Source: an uncultured bacterium
GTDB lineage: Bacteria; Patescibacteriota; Minisyncoccia; Minisyncoccales; RBG-13-42-11
Direction: 5' to 3'
Length of the DNA stretch: 64,000 bases
NCBI GenBank assembly: GCA_963790795.1
Contig: CAWBPO010000001.1
Span: 204,073-268,072, forward strand
Both the position numbers and the translations under genes were made by a program. Position 1 is the first letter of the stretch; each line of letters opens with the position of its first letter. Positions 38,037 through 46,427 of this stretch are shown here, piece after piece. Below the pieces are notes generated by a model that was not told where the DNA came from, did not search any database, and saw only the letters and a program-made list of their open reading frames with translations.

Positions 38037-39029
38037 ATGTCAAAAGCTAAAAAAATAGTTGTTATCGGAGGCGGAACAGGTTCTTTTACGGTTCTTTCCG
38101 GATTGAAGAAATATCCGGTTGACCTTTCAGCCGTTGTTTCCATGACTGATTCAGGAGGAAGCAACAGGGTTATTCGCGACGAATTGGGCTTGCTGCCGAC
38201 CAGCGATATAAGGCAGTGCTTTGTTGCTCTGGCTGAAGAAGAAAAAGAACAGTCCTTGAGAAAGCTTTTCATTTACCGTTTTTCAAAAGGAAACGGGTTG
38301 AATGGCATGACTTTCGGCAATTTGTTTTTGGCTGCTTTATCGGACATTTTCGGTTCGCAAATGGAAGCAATCAAGAAAACTAGCCAGATTCTTAAGATTA
38401 AAGGAAGGATTTTGCCGGTGACCCTGACTGATTCAAATTTGGTAGCAGTTTATGAAAACGGAAAGAAAGTCATCGGAGAACATTTAATTGACGAACCGAA
38501 GCACAGCGGCAAATTAAAAATTAAGAAAGTTTTTTTGAAGCCGAAAGCTAAAATTTATCATGAAGTAAAAAAGGCAATTTTAAACGCAGATTTAGTTGTT
38601 ATTGGGCCTGGCGATTTGTACACCAGCATAATAGCCGGTTTGCTGACAGAAGGAATTGCCAATACTCTTAAAAAAACCAAGGCCAAAGTAGCTTATATCA
38701 TGAACTTAATGACAAGATACGGCCAGACATTCGGCTTTACTGCCAAAGATCATATTCAGTCTTTGGAAAAATATTTAGGATGTGATTGTTTGGATTATGT
38801 TTTGGTTAACACCAAACCCATTTCAAAGAGCGCTTTGGTAAAATACAAGAAAATGAAGGAGTTTCCGGTGATTGACGATTTAAAAGACAGCTATTTTGAA
38901 GTAATCAGGAGAGATTTTTTAAGCAAAAAAGAAACAAAACACGTTCCGGGAGACATTTTGAAAAGAAGCCTTATTCGTCACGATTCCAATAAATTAGCAA
39001 AAGCTTTATTCAAACTATGCAAGCAGTAA
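38037..39029 (+). CDS. YvcK/CofD-family (UPF0052, gluconeogenesis-factor-like) protein
   Basis: [20 protein letters not shown] and MTDSGGS. Confidence 0.82.
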   Translation: MSKAKKIVVIGGGTGSFTVLSGLKKYPVDLSAVVSMTDSGGSNRVIRDELGLLPTSDIRQCFVALAEEEKEQSLRKLFIYRFSKGNGLNGMTFGNLFLAALSDIFGSQMEAIKKTSQILKIKGRILPVTLTDSNLVAVYENGKKVIGEHLIDEPKHSGKLKIKKVFLKPKAKIYHEVKKAILNADLVVIGPGDLYTSIIAGLLTEGIANTLKKTKAKVAYIMNLMTRYGQTFGFTAKDHIQSLEKYLGCDCLDYVLVNTKPISKSALVKYKKMKEFPVIDDLKDSYFEVIRRDFLSKKETKHVPGDILKRSLIRHDSNKLAKALFKLCKQ

Positions 39030-40243
39030 TTTTGGCAGCGGGCGAATCTTCTCGTTTTTGGCCGTTAAACAAAAAGCACAAATCTCTTTTTAAAATAATG
39101 GGGTGGCCTTTGATTTGGTATACGATTGAAAGCTTGAAGAAATCAGGCATTAAAGAGATTATTATTGTCCAAGGACCAGAAAAAGACATTGAAGAGGAAT
39201 TGAAAAGCTACGATTTTGGAATTGATATTAAATATGTTGTTCAATCTGAGGCTAAAGGAATGGGCAATGCGCTTACTATGGCAGAAAAGTTAATTGACGG
39301 TCCATTTTTTGTCCTTAATGCTCATAAAGTTAATGTTGGAGGGTTTGTCAAACCGATGACAGAAAAATCTAAGGATGGGCTCGTATTATTAGGGACAAAA
39401 ACAGACCAGCCCTGGCTTTACGGCATATTAGGGCTTGAAGGCGACAAAGTAAAAAGCTTAGTTGAAAAGCCGGAAAAAGGCAGCATTTCGTCAGGCGTTA
39501 AAGCAGCCGGCATTTATCTGCTGCCTAAAAAGTTTTTTGAATATTATAAAAAAGTGTCTGAGCATCAATATTCTTTTGAGGACGCTTTAAATCTTTCTTT
39601 TAAGGAAAACGAAGCTAAAGTAGTTATTATTGATAAAGAAGTGCCTTGTAAGTATCCCTGGCATTTATTTGAGATATCAAAGCTGTTGATGAATCAGTAC
39701 CTGAAACTTCATATTGCTAAGTCAGCTAAGATTGCCAAAAATGTAACAATTGAGGGAAATGTATTTATCGGCGAGAATACCAGAATCTTTGAAAACGCCG
39801 TTATCAAAGGGCCTTGCTATATCGGAGATAATTGTATTGTCGGCAACAACTCTTTAATTAGGGATTATTCCAATCTGGAAAACGAAGTTTTAATCGGCGC
39901 TTTTGCTGAAGTAGCTCGTTCAATCTTTCAACAAGGTATTCATGTCCATTCTGGATATTTTGGCGATTCAATTTTTGGGCAGGGTTGCCTTGTTGGAGCG
40001 GGAATGATTACTGCCAATGTCAGGATTGACAGAGGAGAGATAAAGGTAAAGCCAGAAATAAACACAGGATTGAATTCTTTGGGAGCGATTGTCGGCAAAA
40101 ACACTAAAATCGGCATCAGGTGCTCTTTGATGCCTGGCGTTTTGATCGGTTCTGACTGCTTTATCGGGCCAAATTCCGTTGTTTTTGAAAATATCGAGGA
40201 TAAGACAACTTTTTATACCGAATTCAGAGGAATTAAAAGATAA
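39017..40243 (+). CDS. sugar-phosphate nucleotidyltransferase with C-terminal left-handed beta-helix (GlmU/RmlA-like)
   Basis: [16 protein letters not shown]-terminal motif and hexapeptide repeats in the C-terminal half. Confidence 0.8.
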   Translation: MQAVILAAGESSRFWPLNKKHKSLFKIMGWPLIWYTIESLKKSGIKEIIIVQGPEKDIEEELKSYDFGIDIKYVVQSEAKGMGNALTMAEKLIDGPFFVLNAHKVNVGGFVKPMTEKSKDGLVLLGTKTDQPWLYGILGLEGDKVKSLVEKPEKGSISSGVKAAGIYLLPKKFFEYYKKVSEHQYSFEDALNLSFKENEAKVVIIDKEVPCKYPWHLFEISKLLMNQYLKLHIAKSAKIAKNVTIEGNVFIGENTRIFENAVIKGPCYIGDNCIVGNNSLIRDYSNLENEVLIGAFAEVARSIFQQGIHVHSGYFGDSIFGQGCLVGAGMITANVRIDRGEIKVKPEINTGLNSLGAIVGKNTKIGIRCSLMPGVLIGSDCFIGPNSVVFENIEDKTTFYTEFRGIKR

Positions 40244-40254
40244 ATTTTTTTGTC

Positions 40255-40283
40255 TTGACAAGAGTTTGTTTTTTTAATATTCT
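40255..40283 (+). promoter_or_regulatory. sigma70-like promoter (TTGACA-17 nt-TATTCT, overlapping TAATAT)
   Basis: TTGACA at 40255-40260, 12 nt after the upstream stop codon. -10 at 40275-40283. Confidence 0.45.
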
Positions 40284-40289
40284 GATTAC

Positions 40290-40649
40290 ATAGTTCGTCA
40301 GTTTCTTCTTGGTACGGGCCGCCAGATTCATCGGCAAAAGTTTGCCAGATATGGTCATAGATTGACCTGGCCCACAGCTCGTTAAGAGCCCATTGTCGCA
40401 GGGTTTCCCTGCATCAGCGCGAGGAGCAGTCCTTGTCTTTCCAAATATTGGGAGAAGAGGAGGATGTAGATAGTTCGTTTGCAGACAGGGCTGCTCCCCC
40501 AAAGCACTTTTATTTAAGGGAGGTGATGCCTTTGAATGTACCATAATGGCCGTTTCGGCCAAAATTTATCCAGACCACTACTGAGCTGGTAGGCGCATCC
40601 CATTAAGTAAGCCCTGCTGTATGTTTACGCAGCAGGGTTCTTTTTTATT
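40290..40649 (+). ncRNA. orphan structured RNA candidate (about 360 nt), class unknown
   Basis: GC-richer than its flanks and without a credible ORF. Has its own promoter and a strong terminator. Local hairpins at 40333-40346, 40353-40367, 40398-40412 and 40548-40560. Long-range helix of 15 bp with one bulge: 40423-40438 with 40483-40497. Confidence 0.5.
40612..40649 (+). terminator. intrinsic terminator
   Basis: CCCTGCTGT (40612-40620) pairs with GCAGCAGGG (40629-40637), followed by TTCTTTTTTATT. Confidence 0.75.
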
Positions 40650-40665
40650 ATTTTAAGCCGCGCTA

Positions 40666-40693
40666 TTGACAAAAAGCTCTGATTTAGTATAAT
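40666..40693 (+). promoter_or_regulatory. consensus sigma70 promoter (TTGACA-16 nt-TATAAT)
   Basis: TTGACA at 40666-40671 and TATAAT at 40688-40693. The leader contains an SD (AAGGAG, 40711-40716) followed by an ATG-TGA start-stop at 40726-40731. Confidence 0.55.
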
Positions 40694-40775
40694 AAATTAG
40701 TTTCTTTTGAAAGGAGAAATAGAGAATGTGATAGTTAGTTATTAATAGTTCTATAGAAAATAAAGGAGGTGCAAA

Positions 40776-41333
40776 GTGAATTCAGGAACTAAATGGGCTC
40801 TAGTAATCTTTGGAGTAGTGATTGTTCTCTTGCTCTTTGGCTTTCTTGTTCCGGCCAAACAGGAAGCCTATACTGTTCAGGAACCCTATGACGCTCAAGA
40901 AGCCTATACTGTTCAGGAACCCTATGAAGTCATAGAGACTTATACCGAAAAAGAGCCGTATGAGGCTACGGAATACTATACGGCGTATGTGCCATACACT
41001 TATCGGGTTATTTGCGGCCAAGATTGCCGTCCAGGACCAGGACCAGGACCAGGACCAGGGCCAGGACCAGGGCCAGGACCAGGACCAGGACCCAATCCAC
41101 ATCCAGGACCAGGACCAGGGCCAGGGCCACAATGTGTCCCTCGTTATTGTACAGAGCAGGGAATTCAAGCCGTAACACAGAGTCGGACCGTCACAAAGTA
41201 CCGGGACGTTGAGAAACAGAGGACTGTTACTAAATATAAGGAGGTAACAAAGTACCAAACCGTCACAAAGTACAGACCTGTTCCTCATTATCGAATGGTC
41301 CCTCTATTTAGCTCCACGCCGCCATCCAATTGA
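40776..41333 (+). CDS. membrane-anchored tandem-repeat protein with (Pro-Gly)n tract
   Basis: GTG start 5 nt after AAGGAGGT. One TM helix. Four ExYTxxEPYxxx repeats, then C...C-(PG)13-PNPH-(PG)5-C...C, then TVTKY(R/K/Q) repeats. GC-richer than the genome background. Confidence 0.7.
   Translation: MNSGTKWALVIFGVVIVLLLFGFLVPAKQEAYTVQEPYDAQEAYTVQEPYEVIETYTEKEPYEATEYYTAYVPYTYRVICGQDCRPGPGPGPGPGPGPGPGPGPGPNPHPGPGPGPGPQCVPRYCTEQGIQAVTQSRTVTKYRDVEKQRTVTKYKEVTKYQTVTKYRPVPHYRMVPLFSSTPPSN
40863..40927 (+). repeat. 36-nt-period tandem duplication inside the CDS
   Basis: GAAGCCTATACTGTTCAGGAACCCTATGA occurs identically at 40863-40891 and 40899-40927. Confidence 0.9.
41031..41128 (+). repeat. (CCAGGA/CCAGGG)n hexanucleotide simple-sequence repeat encoding (PG)n
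   Basis: Two blocks, 41031-41092 and 41103-41128, of CCAGGN units. Confidence 0.95.
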
Positions 41334-41347
41334 AAACTCCAGATACT

Positions 41348-41378
41348 GGGGATTCTGCAAATGAATCCCCGGTTTTTT
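41348..41378 (+). terminator. intrinsic terminator
   Basis: GGGGATTC (41348-41355) pairs with GAATCCCC (41363-41370), followed by GGTTTTTT. Confidence 0.75.
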
Positions 41379-41410
41379 ATTTTAAATTCAAAAAATGATA
41401 GAATAAAAAA

Positions 41411-41995
41411 ATGGAAATTTTAAATCTTTCATCAAAAACTTTCTCAAATATAATTAGAAAAGCAGTTGAGATAGTGAGAAAAGGCGGAATTGTTGTTTTC
41501 CCGACAGATACTGTTTACGGATTGATGGCTGACGCGACGAATGAAAAAGCAGTTGAAAAGATTTTCAAAATTAAAAAAAGGCAGAAAGGGAAATGGCTAC
41601 CTGTTTTTATTAAAGATTTAAAATCAGCTAAGAATATAGCCAAAATAGACAAAAAACAGGAAAGATTCCTAAAATCTGTTTGGCCGGGGAAAACAACAGT
41701 TGTTTTAAGAAGAAAAAAAGGAACAAAGATATACGGCGTTGATAAAGATACTATTGCCCTTAGGATTCCTAATTATGCTTTGTTGGATAAACTGCTTGGA
41801 AAAATCAAGAAACCTTTAGTACAAACTTCAGCGAACATTTCCGGCAAAAAGCCGCTAAATGACGGAAAAGAAACAATCAAGCAATTCAAGAAAGACAAGC
41901 CTGATTTAATAATTTCTGTCGGCAGATTGAAATCAGTTAAGCCTTCAAAAGTTATTGATATTATTGGTTCTAAAGCGAAAACTTTGAGAAAATAA
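41411..41995 (+). CDS. tsaC: L-threonylcarbamoyladenylate synthase (TsaC/YrdC/Sua5 family)
   Basis: GGIVVFPTDTVYGLMADATNEKAVEKIFKIKKR and QTSANISG. Confidence 0.9.
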   Translation: MEILNLSSKTFSNIIRKAVEIVRKGGIVVFPTDTVYGLMADATNEKAVEKIFKIKKRQKGKWLPVFIKDLKSAKNIAKIDKKQERFLKSVWPGKTTVVLRRKKGTKIYGVDKDTIALRIPNYALLDKLLGKIKKPLVQTSANISGKKPLNDGKETIKQFKKDKPDLIISVGRLKSVKPSKVIDIIGSKAKTLRK

Positions 41996-41998
41996 AAA

Positions 41999-42022
41999 CC
42001 CTGATCAAGTCAGGGGGTTTTT
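41999..42022 (+). terminator. intrinsic terminator
   Basis: CCCTGA-TCAAG-TCAGGG followed by GGTTTTT. Confidence 0.6.
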
Positions 42023-42025
42023 GTT

Positions 42026-42112
42026 TGGTGCCTGGGGTGGGACTCGAACCCACACGAGATTGCTCTCATACGATTTTGAGTCGTACGCGTAAACCAATTC
42101 CGCCACCCAGGC
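42026..42112 (-). tRNA. tRNA-Leu (anticodon CAA), class II long variable arm, CCA encoded
   Basis: The reverse complement reads GCCTGGGTGGCGGAATTGG...TACGA-CTCAAAA-TCGTA...GGGTTCGAGTCCCACCCCAGGCACCA. Confidence 0.9.
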
Positions 42113-42131
42113 AAATTCTCATTTAAGATTA

Positions 42132-44180
42132 TCAAAGTTTTTCTTTTTTTTCAATTTTAAAATCACACTCTTTGTTTGAACATTTTTCACCCCACCTTCT
42201 CGTTTTTATTATGAGAGAGCCGCATTTTTTGCATTTTTCTCCGGTCGGCTTGTCCCACAAAGCAAAGTCGCATTTCGGGAATTGGTTGCAGCCGTAGAAT
42301 ATCTTTCCCTTTTTGGTTCTTTTTTCAACGATTTTTCCATTTTTGCATTTCGGGCATTTGACTCCGAGATTGTTTTTTTCCAGGGATTCGGTATATCTGC
42401 ATTTTGGGAATTTAGAGCAAGCGTAAAATTGTCCGTATTTGCCGATTCTTATAAGCAGAGGAGCTCCGCATTTCGGGCAGATTTTTTTCGTTGGTTTTTC
42501 AGTAATGTCTTTTTTGGAAACCTCTTCGTATTTTCTTTTCAAATTCTTTTCAAAGGGAATATAGAATTCCTTGATTACCGGCACCAACTTTTTCTTTTTT
42601 TGGGCGATTTTGTCCAAATCTTCCTCCATTTTCGCTGTAAAATTAATATCAACGATTTCAGGAAAATGAGAGGTTAAAAGATTGTTGACTACTGTTCCTA
42701 TTTCTGTCGGCCTGAATCTTCTTTGCTCGTCTTTTTCAATATAATTTTTGTCCTGGATGTTGGACAGAATCGGAGCGTAAGTTGAAGGCCTGCCTATACC
42801 GTTTTCCTCCAATGCCTTAATTAAGGTTGCTTCGTTATAACGGGGAGGCGGTTCTGTGAAATGCTGCGAAGGATCTAATTTTATTAATTTTAAAATCTCT
42901 TCTTTTTTTAAGGACGGCAAATCTTTTTCTTCGTATTTTATCGGGTAAATTTTCAAAAAGCCGTCAAATTTTAAAATCTGGCCGTTGGCCCGGAAAGTAT
43001 AGTTTTCAGCTGAAATATCTACACTTGTGGAGTCAAATATTGCCTGGCTCATTTGGCAAGCGACGAATCTCCTCCAAATTAAATCGTAAAGCTTGAATTG
43101 GTTTTCTTCGAGCTTACTTTGTATTTTTAATTGTTCAGGAGATTTATCCGGATAACTTGGCCTTATTGCTTCATGCGCTTCCTGGGCGCCTTTTGATTTT
43201 GTTTTGTATTTTCTTAAAAATCCAGGCCAGTATTTTTCCCCATAATTTTTAATAATGAATTTCTTGGCTGAAAAAAGCGATTGGTCTGAAAGGTTTAAAG
43301 AGTCGGTTCGATGGTATGTGATAAAACCTCTTTCGTATAGGCCCTGGGCAATTCGCATTGTTATTTTCGCCGGAAACCTGAACTTTTGCCAAGCTGTTTG
43401 CTGCAAAGTACTGGTGGTAAAGGGAGGCAGAGGATTTCTTTTTACTTCTTTCTTCTCAATATTTATTACTTTATACTCTGCTCCATTCAAATCTTTAACA
43501 ATCTTATTTGCTTCTTTTTCCGTTTTGATTCCCAATTTCGGAATTATTTTATCATCTTTCTTTATCAATAAAGCTTCAAATTCGTTCTTTTTGATTTTGA
43601 GGAGCGTAGCGACGATTGTCCAATATTCCTGGGGTTTGAAGTTATTTATTTCCTGTTCGCGTTCAACTACCAGTCTTACTGCTATTGACTGGACTCTGCC
43701 GGCAGACAGGCCCCTGGCCACTTTTTTCCATAAAAAAGGAGAGAGTTTGTATCCAACTATTCTGTCTAAAAACCTTCTTGCTTGCTGGGCATCAACCAAA
43801 GCCATATTAATTTTTCTGGGATTTTTCATGGCTTGTTCAATGGCTGATTTTGTGATTTCGTGGAAAACAATTCTTTTTGAGTCTTTTAAATCTAAAGCTT
43901 GAGTTAAATGATAAGCGATTGCCTCTCCTTCTCTGTCTTCATCAGTGGCCAGAATTACAGAATTTGCTTTTTTTGTCTCTTTTTTCAGAAGCTCTACGTT
44001 TTTTTTGGCTTTGGGTATGATGATGTATGTCGGCGCAAAATCGTTTTCTATATCAATGCCAAATTTGCTTTTAGGCAAATCCCTTATATGACCATAAGAA
44101 GACAAGACTCTGTATTGAGAGCCTAAAAATTTTTCAATTGTTTTTCCTTTGGTAGGGCTTTCAACGATTACCAGTTGCAT
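42132..44180 (-). CDS. topA: DNA topoisomerase I with C-terminal zinc-ribbon repeats
   Basis: Toprim region MQLVIVESPTKGKTIEKFLG...ATDEDREGEAIA, catalytic region ITYHRTDS, and three CPKCG-type fingers. Confidence 0.95.
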   Translation of the reverse strand: MQLVIVESPTKGKTIEKFLGSQYRVLSSYGHIRDLPKSKFGIDIENDFAPTYIIIPKAKKNVELLKKETKKANSVILATDEDREGEAIAYHLTQALDLKDSKRIVFHEITKSAIEQAMKNPRKINMALVDAQQARRFLDRIVGYKLSPFLWKKVARGLSAGRVQSIAVRLVVEREQEINNFKPQEYWTIVATLLKIKKNEFEALLIKKDDKIIPKLGIKTEKEANKIVKDLNGAEYKVINIEKKEVKRNPLPPFTTSTLQQTAWQKFRFPAKITMRIAQGLYERGFITYHRTDSLNLSDQSLFSAKKFIIKNYGEKYWPGFLRKYKTKSKGAQEAHEAIRPSYPDKSPEQLKIQSKLEENQFKLYDLIWRRFVACQMSQAIFDSTSVDISAENYTFRANGQILKFDGFLKIYPIKYEEKDLPSLKKEEILKLIKLDPSQHFTEPPPRYNEATLIKALEENGIGRPSTYAPILSNIQDKNYIEKDEQRRFRPTEIGTVVNNLLTSHFPEIVDINFTAKMEEDLDKIAQKKKKLVPVIKEFYIPFEKNLKRKYEEVSKKDITEKPTKKICPKCGAPLLIRIGKYGQFYACSKFPKCRYTESLEKNNLGVKCPKCKNGKIVEKRTKKGKIFYGCNQFPKCDFALWDKPTGEKCKKCGSLIIKTRRWGEKCSNKECDFKIEKKEKL

Positions 44181-44231
44181 GAACGTTTTTTTAATTTAAC
44201 ATTGTTTTTAAAAATTACAAACTTTTCAAAT

Positions 44232-46181
44232 TTAGTTTATTTTAATTTTCTCAACTGCCTCAGAAAGCATTTGGCAGTAAAGGTTCAGTCCGACTTGGTT
44301 GATGCTGCCTGACTGCTCTTTGCCCAAGATATTGCCTGCTCCCCGTATTTCCAGGTCTTTCATGGCGATTTTATATCCGGAACCCAATTCTTCAGCTTCT
44401 TTTAAGGTTTTTAATCTTAATTTTGCCAGAGGGGATAATCTTTGCGGATAAAGGAAAAAGGAAAAGGCCTGGATATGAGAACGGCCGATTCTTCCCCTGA
44501 TTTGATAAGCTTGAGAAAGTCCTAATCGAGTGCTGTCAGCCACAATTAAAGTATTAACATTGGGCAAGTCCAGCCCGTTTTCAATAATAGTTGTTGCTAC
44601 TAAAACGTCAATTTTTCTGTCTTGGAAGTCATTCATTGTTTTTAACAGTTCTTTTTCTTTCATTCTGCCGTGAGCAATAGCGTATTTTGCTTTTGGGAAT
44701 AATTTTCTCAAAAACTCTTTGATTTTTTCAATCGTTTCCACTCTGTTGTAAAGAAAATATATTTGTCCTTTTCTTTTAATTTCGTTTTCAATTGCTTTTT
44801 TAATAATTTCTTCTTTAAAGGGCGATAAAAAAGTTTTGATTGGCAAGCGGCCAATCGGCGGCGTCTGAATCAAGCTGATGTTTTTTAGAGAAGAAAGCGC
44901 CATATATAGTGTGCGGGGGATGGGCGTGGCAGAAAGCGACAAAACATCCAGAGAAGCTCTCATTTTTTTAAAGCTTTCTTTTTGTTTTACGCCAAATCTC
45001 TGTTCGTCGTCAATAATTAAAAGACCAAGATCTTTAAAATCAATATCTTTTGACAAAAGACGATGAGTAGCGATAACAATGTCAATTTTGCCGGTTTTTA
45101 ATCCTTCAATTGTTTCTCTTTGTTCTTTTTTCGTTTGCAGCCGCGATAGTAAGGATGTTTTTATCGGCAAATTTTTCAATCTTTCTTTAAACTTCTGGAA
45201 ATGCTGGTTTGCCAGAATTGTTGTCGGACAAATCATTGCTGCCTGTTTGCCGGAAATCACTGCTTTAATTATCGCCCTTAAAGCCACCTCAGTTTTGCCA
45301 AAGCCCACATCCCCGCAGACTATTCTGTCCATCGGCTCGTTTTTTTCCATGTCTTTTTTAATATCTTCAATGGCTTGCGACTGATCAGGCGTTTCTTCGT
45401 ATTTGAAGGTGTCTGACAAATGCTTTTGGATTTCTTCTTCTGGCAAATAAGGAGGTCGAAGAGCAGTTTCTCTTTTGGCATAAATTTGCAAAAGCTCTTT
45501 TGCCAGTTTTTCCGCTTCCTCTTTTATCTTTCTTTTTACTTTTTGCCAGAGAGATGAACTCAGTCTGGATATTTTCGGTTCGACAAAACCGACGTATCTT
45601 GATAATTTTCTTTCCAAGCCGATTGGTACATATAATTTATCGTCTTGGGCATATTCTAATTGATAATATTGCTGGTTAGCGATTGCCAGCTGCTGAACGT
45701 AAATTCCGATTCCATGGTCCAAATGAACCAAATAATCGCCAGGTTTCAGCCCTTTCAAATCGGAAAACAACTTCTGCGATTTTAATTTCTTTTTTAAAAT
45801 TTCCTTTGCTGCTTTTTCGTCTTTGATTTCTACGGGAAGTTGTTCAATGTTTTCGATTTTATTGCCCAGGAATTCGAAACGGACAGCCTTTATTGAATTA
45901 ACAGGGAAGACGTCAATAATTCCCCCTCTTTGCGAAAATTCTCCCGGTTCTGAAACCTGCCAAACCCTTTCATATCCCATTTCGTCCAGTTTCCTTAAAG
46001 TCTGAGAAAGATTATTGTTTTGGTTTTCTTCTAAAAAAAGAACATTATCCTCAAAGAATGTTTGGGTTTTTCTCGCTTCCAGAATTTTATTAATATTTTC
46101 CTCAAACCAAAAGTTCCCCTTTTCCAGAAAGTAGGGGGTGATGCTGCAAATTAAAACACTTTCTAACCTTGACAAAATCAT
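44232..46181 (-). CDS. mfd: transcription-repair coupling factor, N- and C-terminally reduced form
   Basis: CarD-like RID (LKPGDYLVHLDHGIGIY) and SF2 translocase motifs (GDVGFGKTEVA, DDEQRFG, SATPIPRT, QIRGRIGR). 649 aa, compared with about 1150 aa in model bacteria. Confidence 0.85.
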   Translation of the reverse strand: MILSRLESVLICSITPYFLEKGNFWFEENINKILEARKTQTFFEDNVLFLEENQNNNLSQTLRKLDEMGYERVWQVSEPGEFSQRGGIIDVFPVNSIKAVRFEFLGNKIENIEQLPVEIKDEKAAKEILKKKLKSQKLFSDLKGLKPGDYLVHLDHGIGIYVQQLAIANQQYYQLEYAQDDKLYVPIGLERKLSRYVGFVEPKISRLSSSLWQKVKRKIKEEAEKLAKELLQIYAKRETALRPPYLPEEEIQKHLSDTFKYEETPDQSQAIEDIKKDMEKNEPMDRIVCGDVGFGKTEVALRAIIKAVISGKQAAMICPTTILANQHFQKFKERLKNLPIKTSLLSRLQTKKEQRETIEGLKTGKIDIVIATHRLLSKDIDFKDLGLLIIDDEQRFGVKQKESFKKMRASLDVLSLSATPIPRTLYMALSSLKNISLIQTPPIGRLPIKTFLSPFKEEIIKKAIENEIKRKGQIYFLYNRVETIEKIKEFLRKLFPKAKYAIAHGRMKEKELLKTMNDFQDRKIDVLVATTIIENGLDLPNVNTLIVADSTRLGLSQAYQIRGRIGRSHIQAFSFFLYPQRLSPLAKLRLKTLKEAEELGSGYKIAMKDLEIRGAGNILGKEQSGSINQVGLNLYCQMLSEAVEKIKIN

Positions 46182-46196
46182 TCAATTAGGTATAAT
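46169..46196 (+). promoter_or_regulatory. consensus sigma70 promoter (TTGACA-16 nt-TATAAT) overlapping the mfd start region
   Basis: TTGACA at 46169-46174 and TATAAT at 46191-46196. Predicts a leader of about 225 nt for the GGDEF gene. Confidence 0.55.
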
Positions 46197-46202
46197 ATAA
46201 TA

Positions 46203-46427
46203 TATTGTTCTTTTTTGTCAAAATTTTACCTTGCAGTCTGCCTGCCGGTGGCTTAACCGAGCACATAAATTTTTTATGTGCTCAGGGATGGATTCTAAGT
46301 TATCCCTCCTTTAACTTAGTGCCCTAGGTTACGGATTTGGACTTTTGTTTCTGATTCATAACGCTTGCAGGTAGACTGGAGGGCGAAATATTTTTGCTCT
46401 TAATAATTTAAATAAGGGAAGGTAAAA
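46203..46427 (+). promoter_or_regulatory. structured 5' leader (riboswitch-like candidate) upstream of the GGDEF gene
   Basis: Closing helix 46234-46242 with 46370-46378 (9 bp). Helix 46254-46258 with 46327-46331. Perfect 11-bp hairpin at 46259-46283. Interleaved helices 46284-46289/46302-46307 and 46295-46301/46313-46319 have H-type pseudoknot topology. CCCTCC (46304-46309) is complementary to GGAGGG (46378-46383). Confidence 0.45.

Noticed and set aside
40233-40562. 109-aa minus-strand ORF across the structured-RNA region
   Set aside because: It has a TTG start without an SD and overlaps the end of the upstream gene. Its Pro/Leu/Gly-rich sequence is implausible. The terminator orientation supports a plus-strand non-coding transcript.
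40291-40584. One plus-strand frame with only two in-frame stops (TGA 40363, TAG 40471), considered as a recoded or alternative-code gene
   Set aside because: There is no start codon or SD and no protein-like sequence. TGA and TAG clearly act as stops elsewhere (smpB and greA end in TGA; the Trm9-like methyltransferase gene ends in TAG at 2865-2867). The paucity of stops is explained by the higher GC.
40290-40649. Identification of the structured RNA as RNase P RNA, SRP RNA, 6S RNA or a riboswitch
   Set aside because: On the plus strand I could not find the GGAAAGUCC / ACAGAAnCCGGCUUA P4 cores, the SRP GGAA-tetraloop/AGCA motif, or B12, TPP or FMN boxes. Weak look-alikes on the minus strand (GGAAAGAC, ACAGCAGGGCTTAC) occur in the wrong order and orientation. 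The class is left as unknown rather than forced.
41031-41128. Short tandem repeats as a possible CRISPR array
   Set aside because: The units are 6 nt with no spacers and lie in frame within a CDS. This is a simple-sequence repeat, not a CRISPR array.
40960-41212. ORFs translating as QDQDQDQGQ... (40960-41175) and RTRTRTRAR... (41012-41212)
   Set aside because: These are alternative reading frames of the (CCAGGA)n repeat inside the SD-preceded PG-repeat gene. They are artefacts of the low-complexity DNA.
40800-41288. 162-aa antisense ORF (WPWSWSWMW...)
   Set aside because: This is the opposite strand of the same repeat-containing CDS. It has no SD or promoter, and its composition is driven by the repeat.
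46203-46427. c-di-GMP-I/II or ykkC (guanidine) riboswitch upstream of the GGDEF gene
   Set aside because: The conserved GEMM-I elements (GCAAA tetraloop-receptor, GACGCAAAGCC) are absent. CCCUAGGUUACGGA only superficially resembles the ykkC CUAGGGUUCCG box, and the ACGGCGGGA region is missing. The leader is kept as an unclassified candidate.
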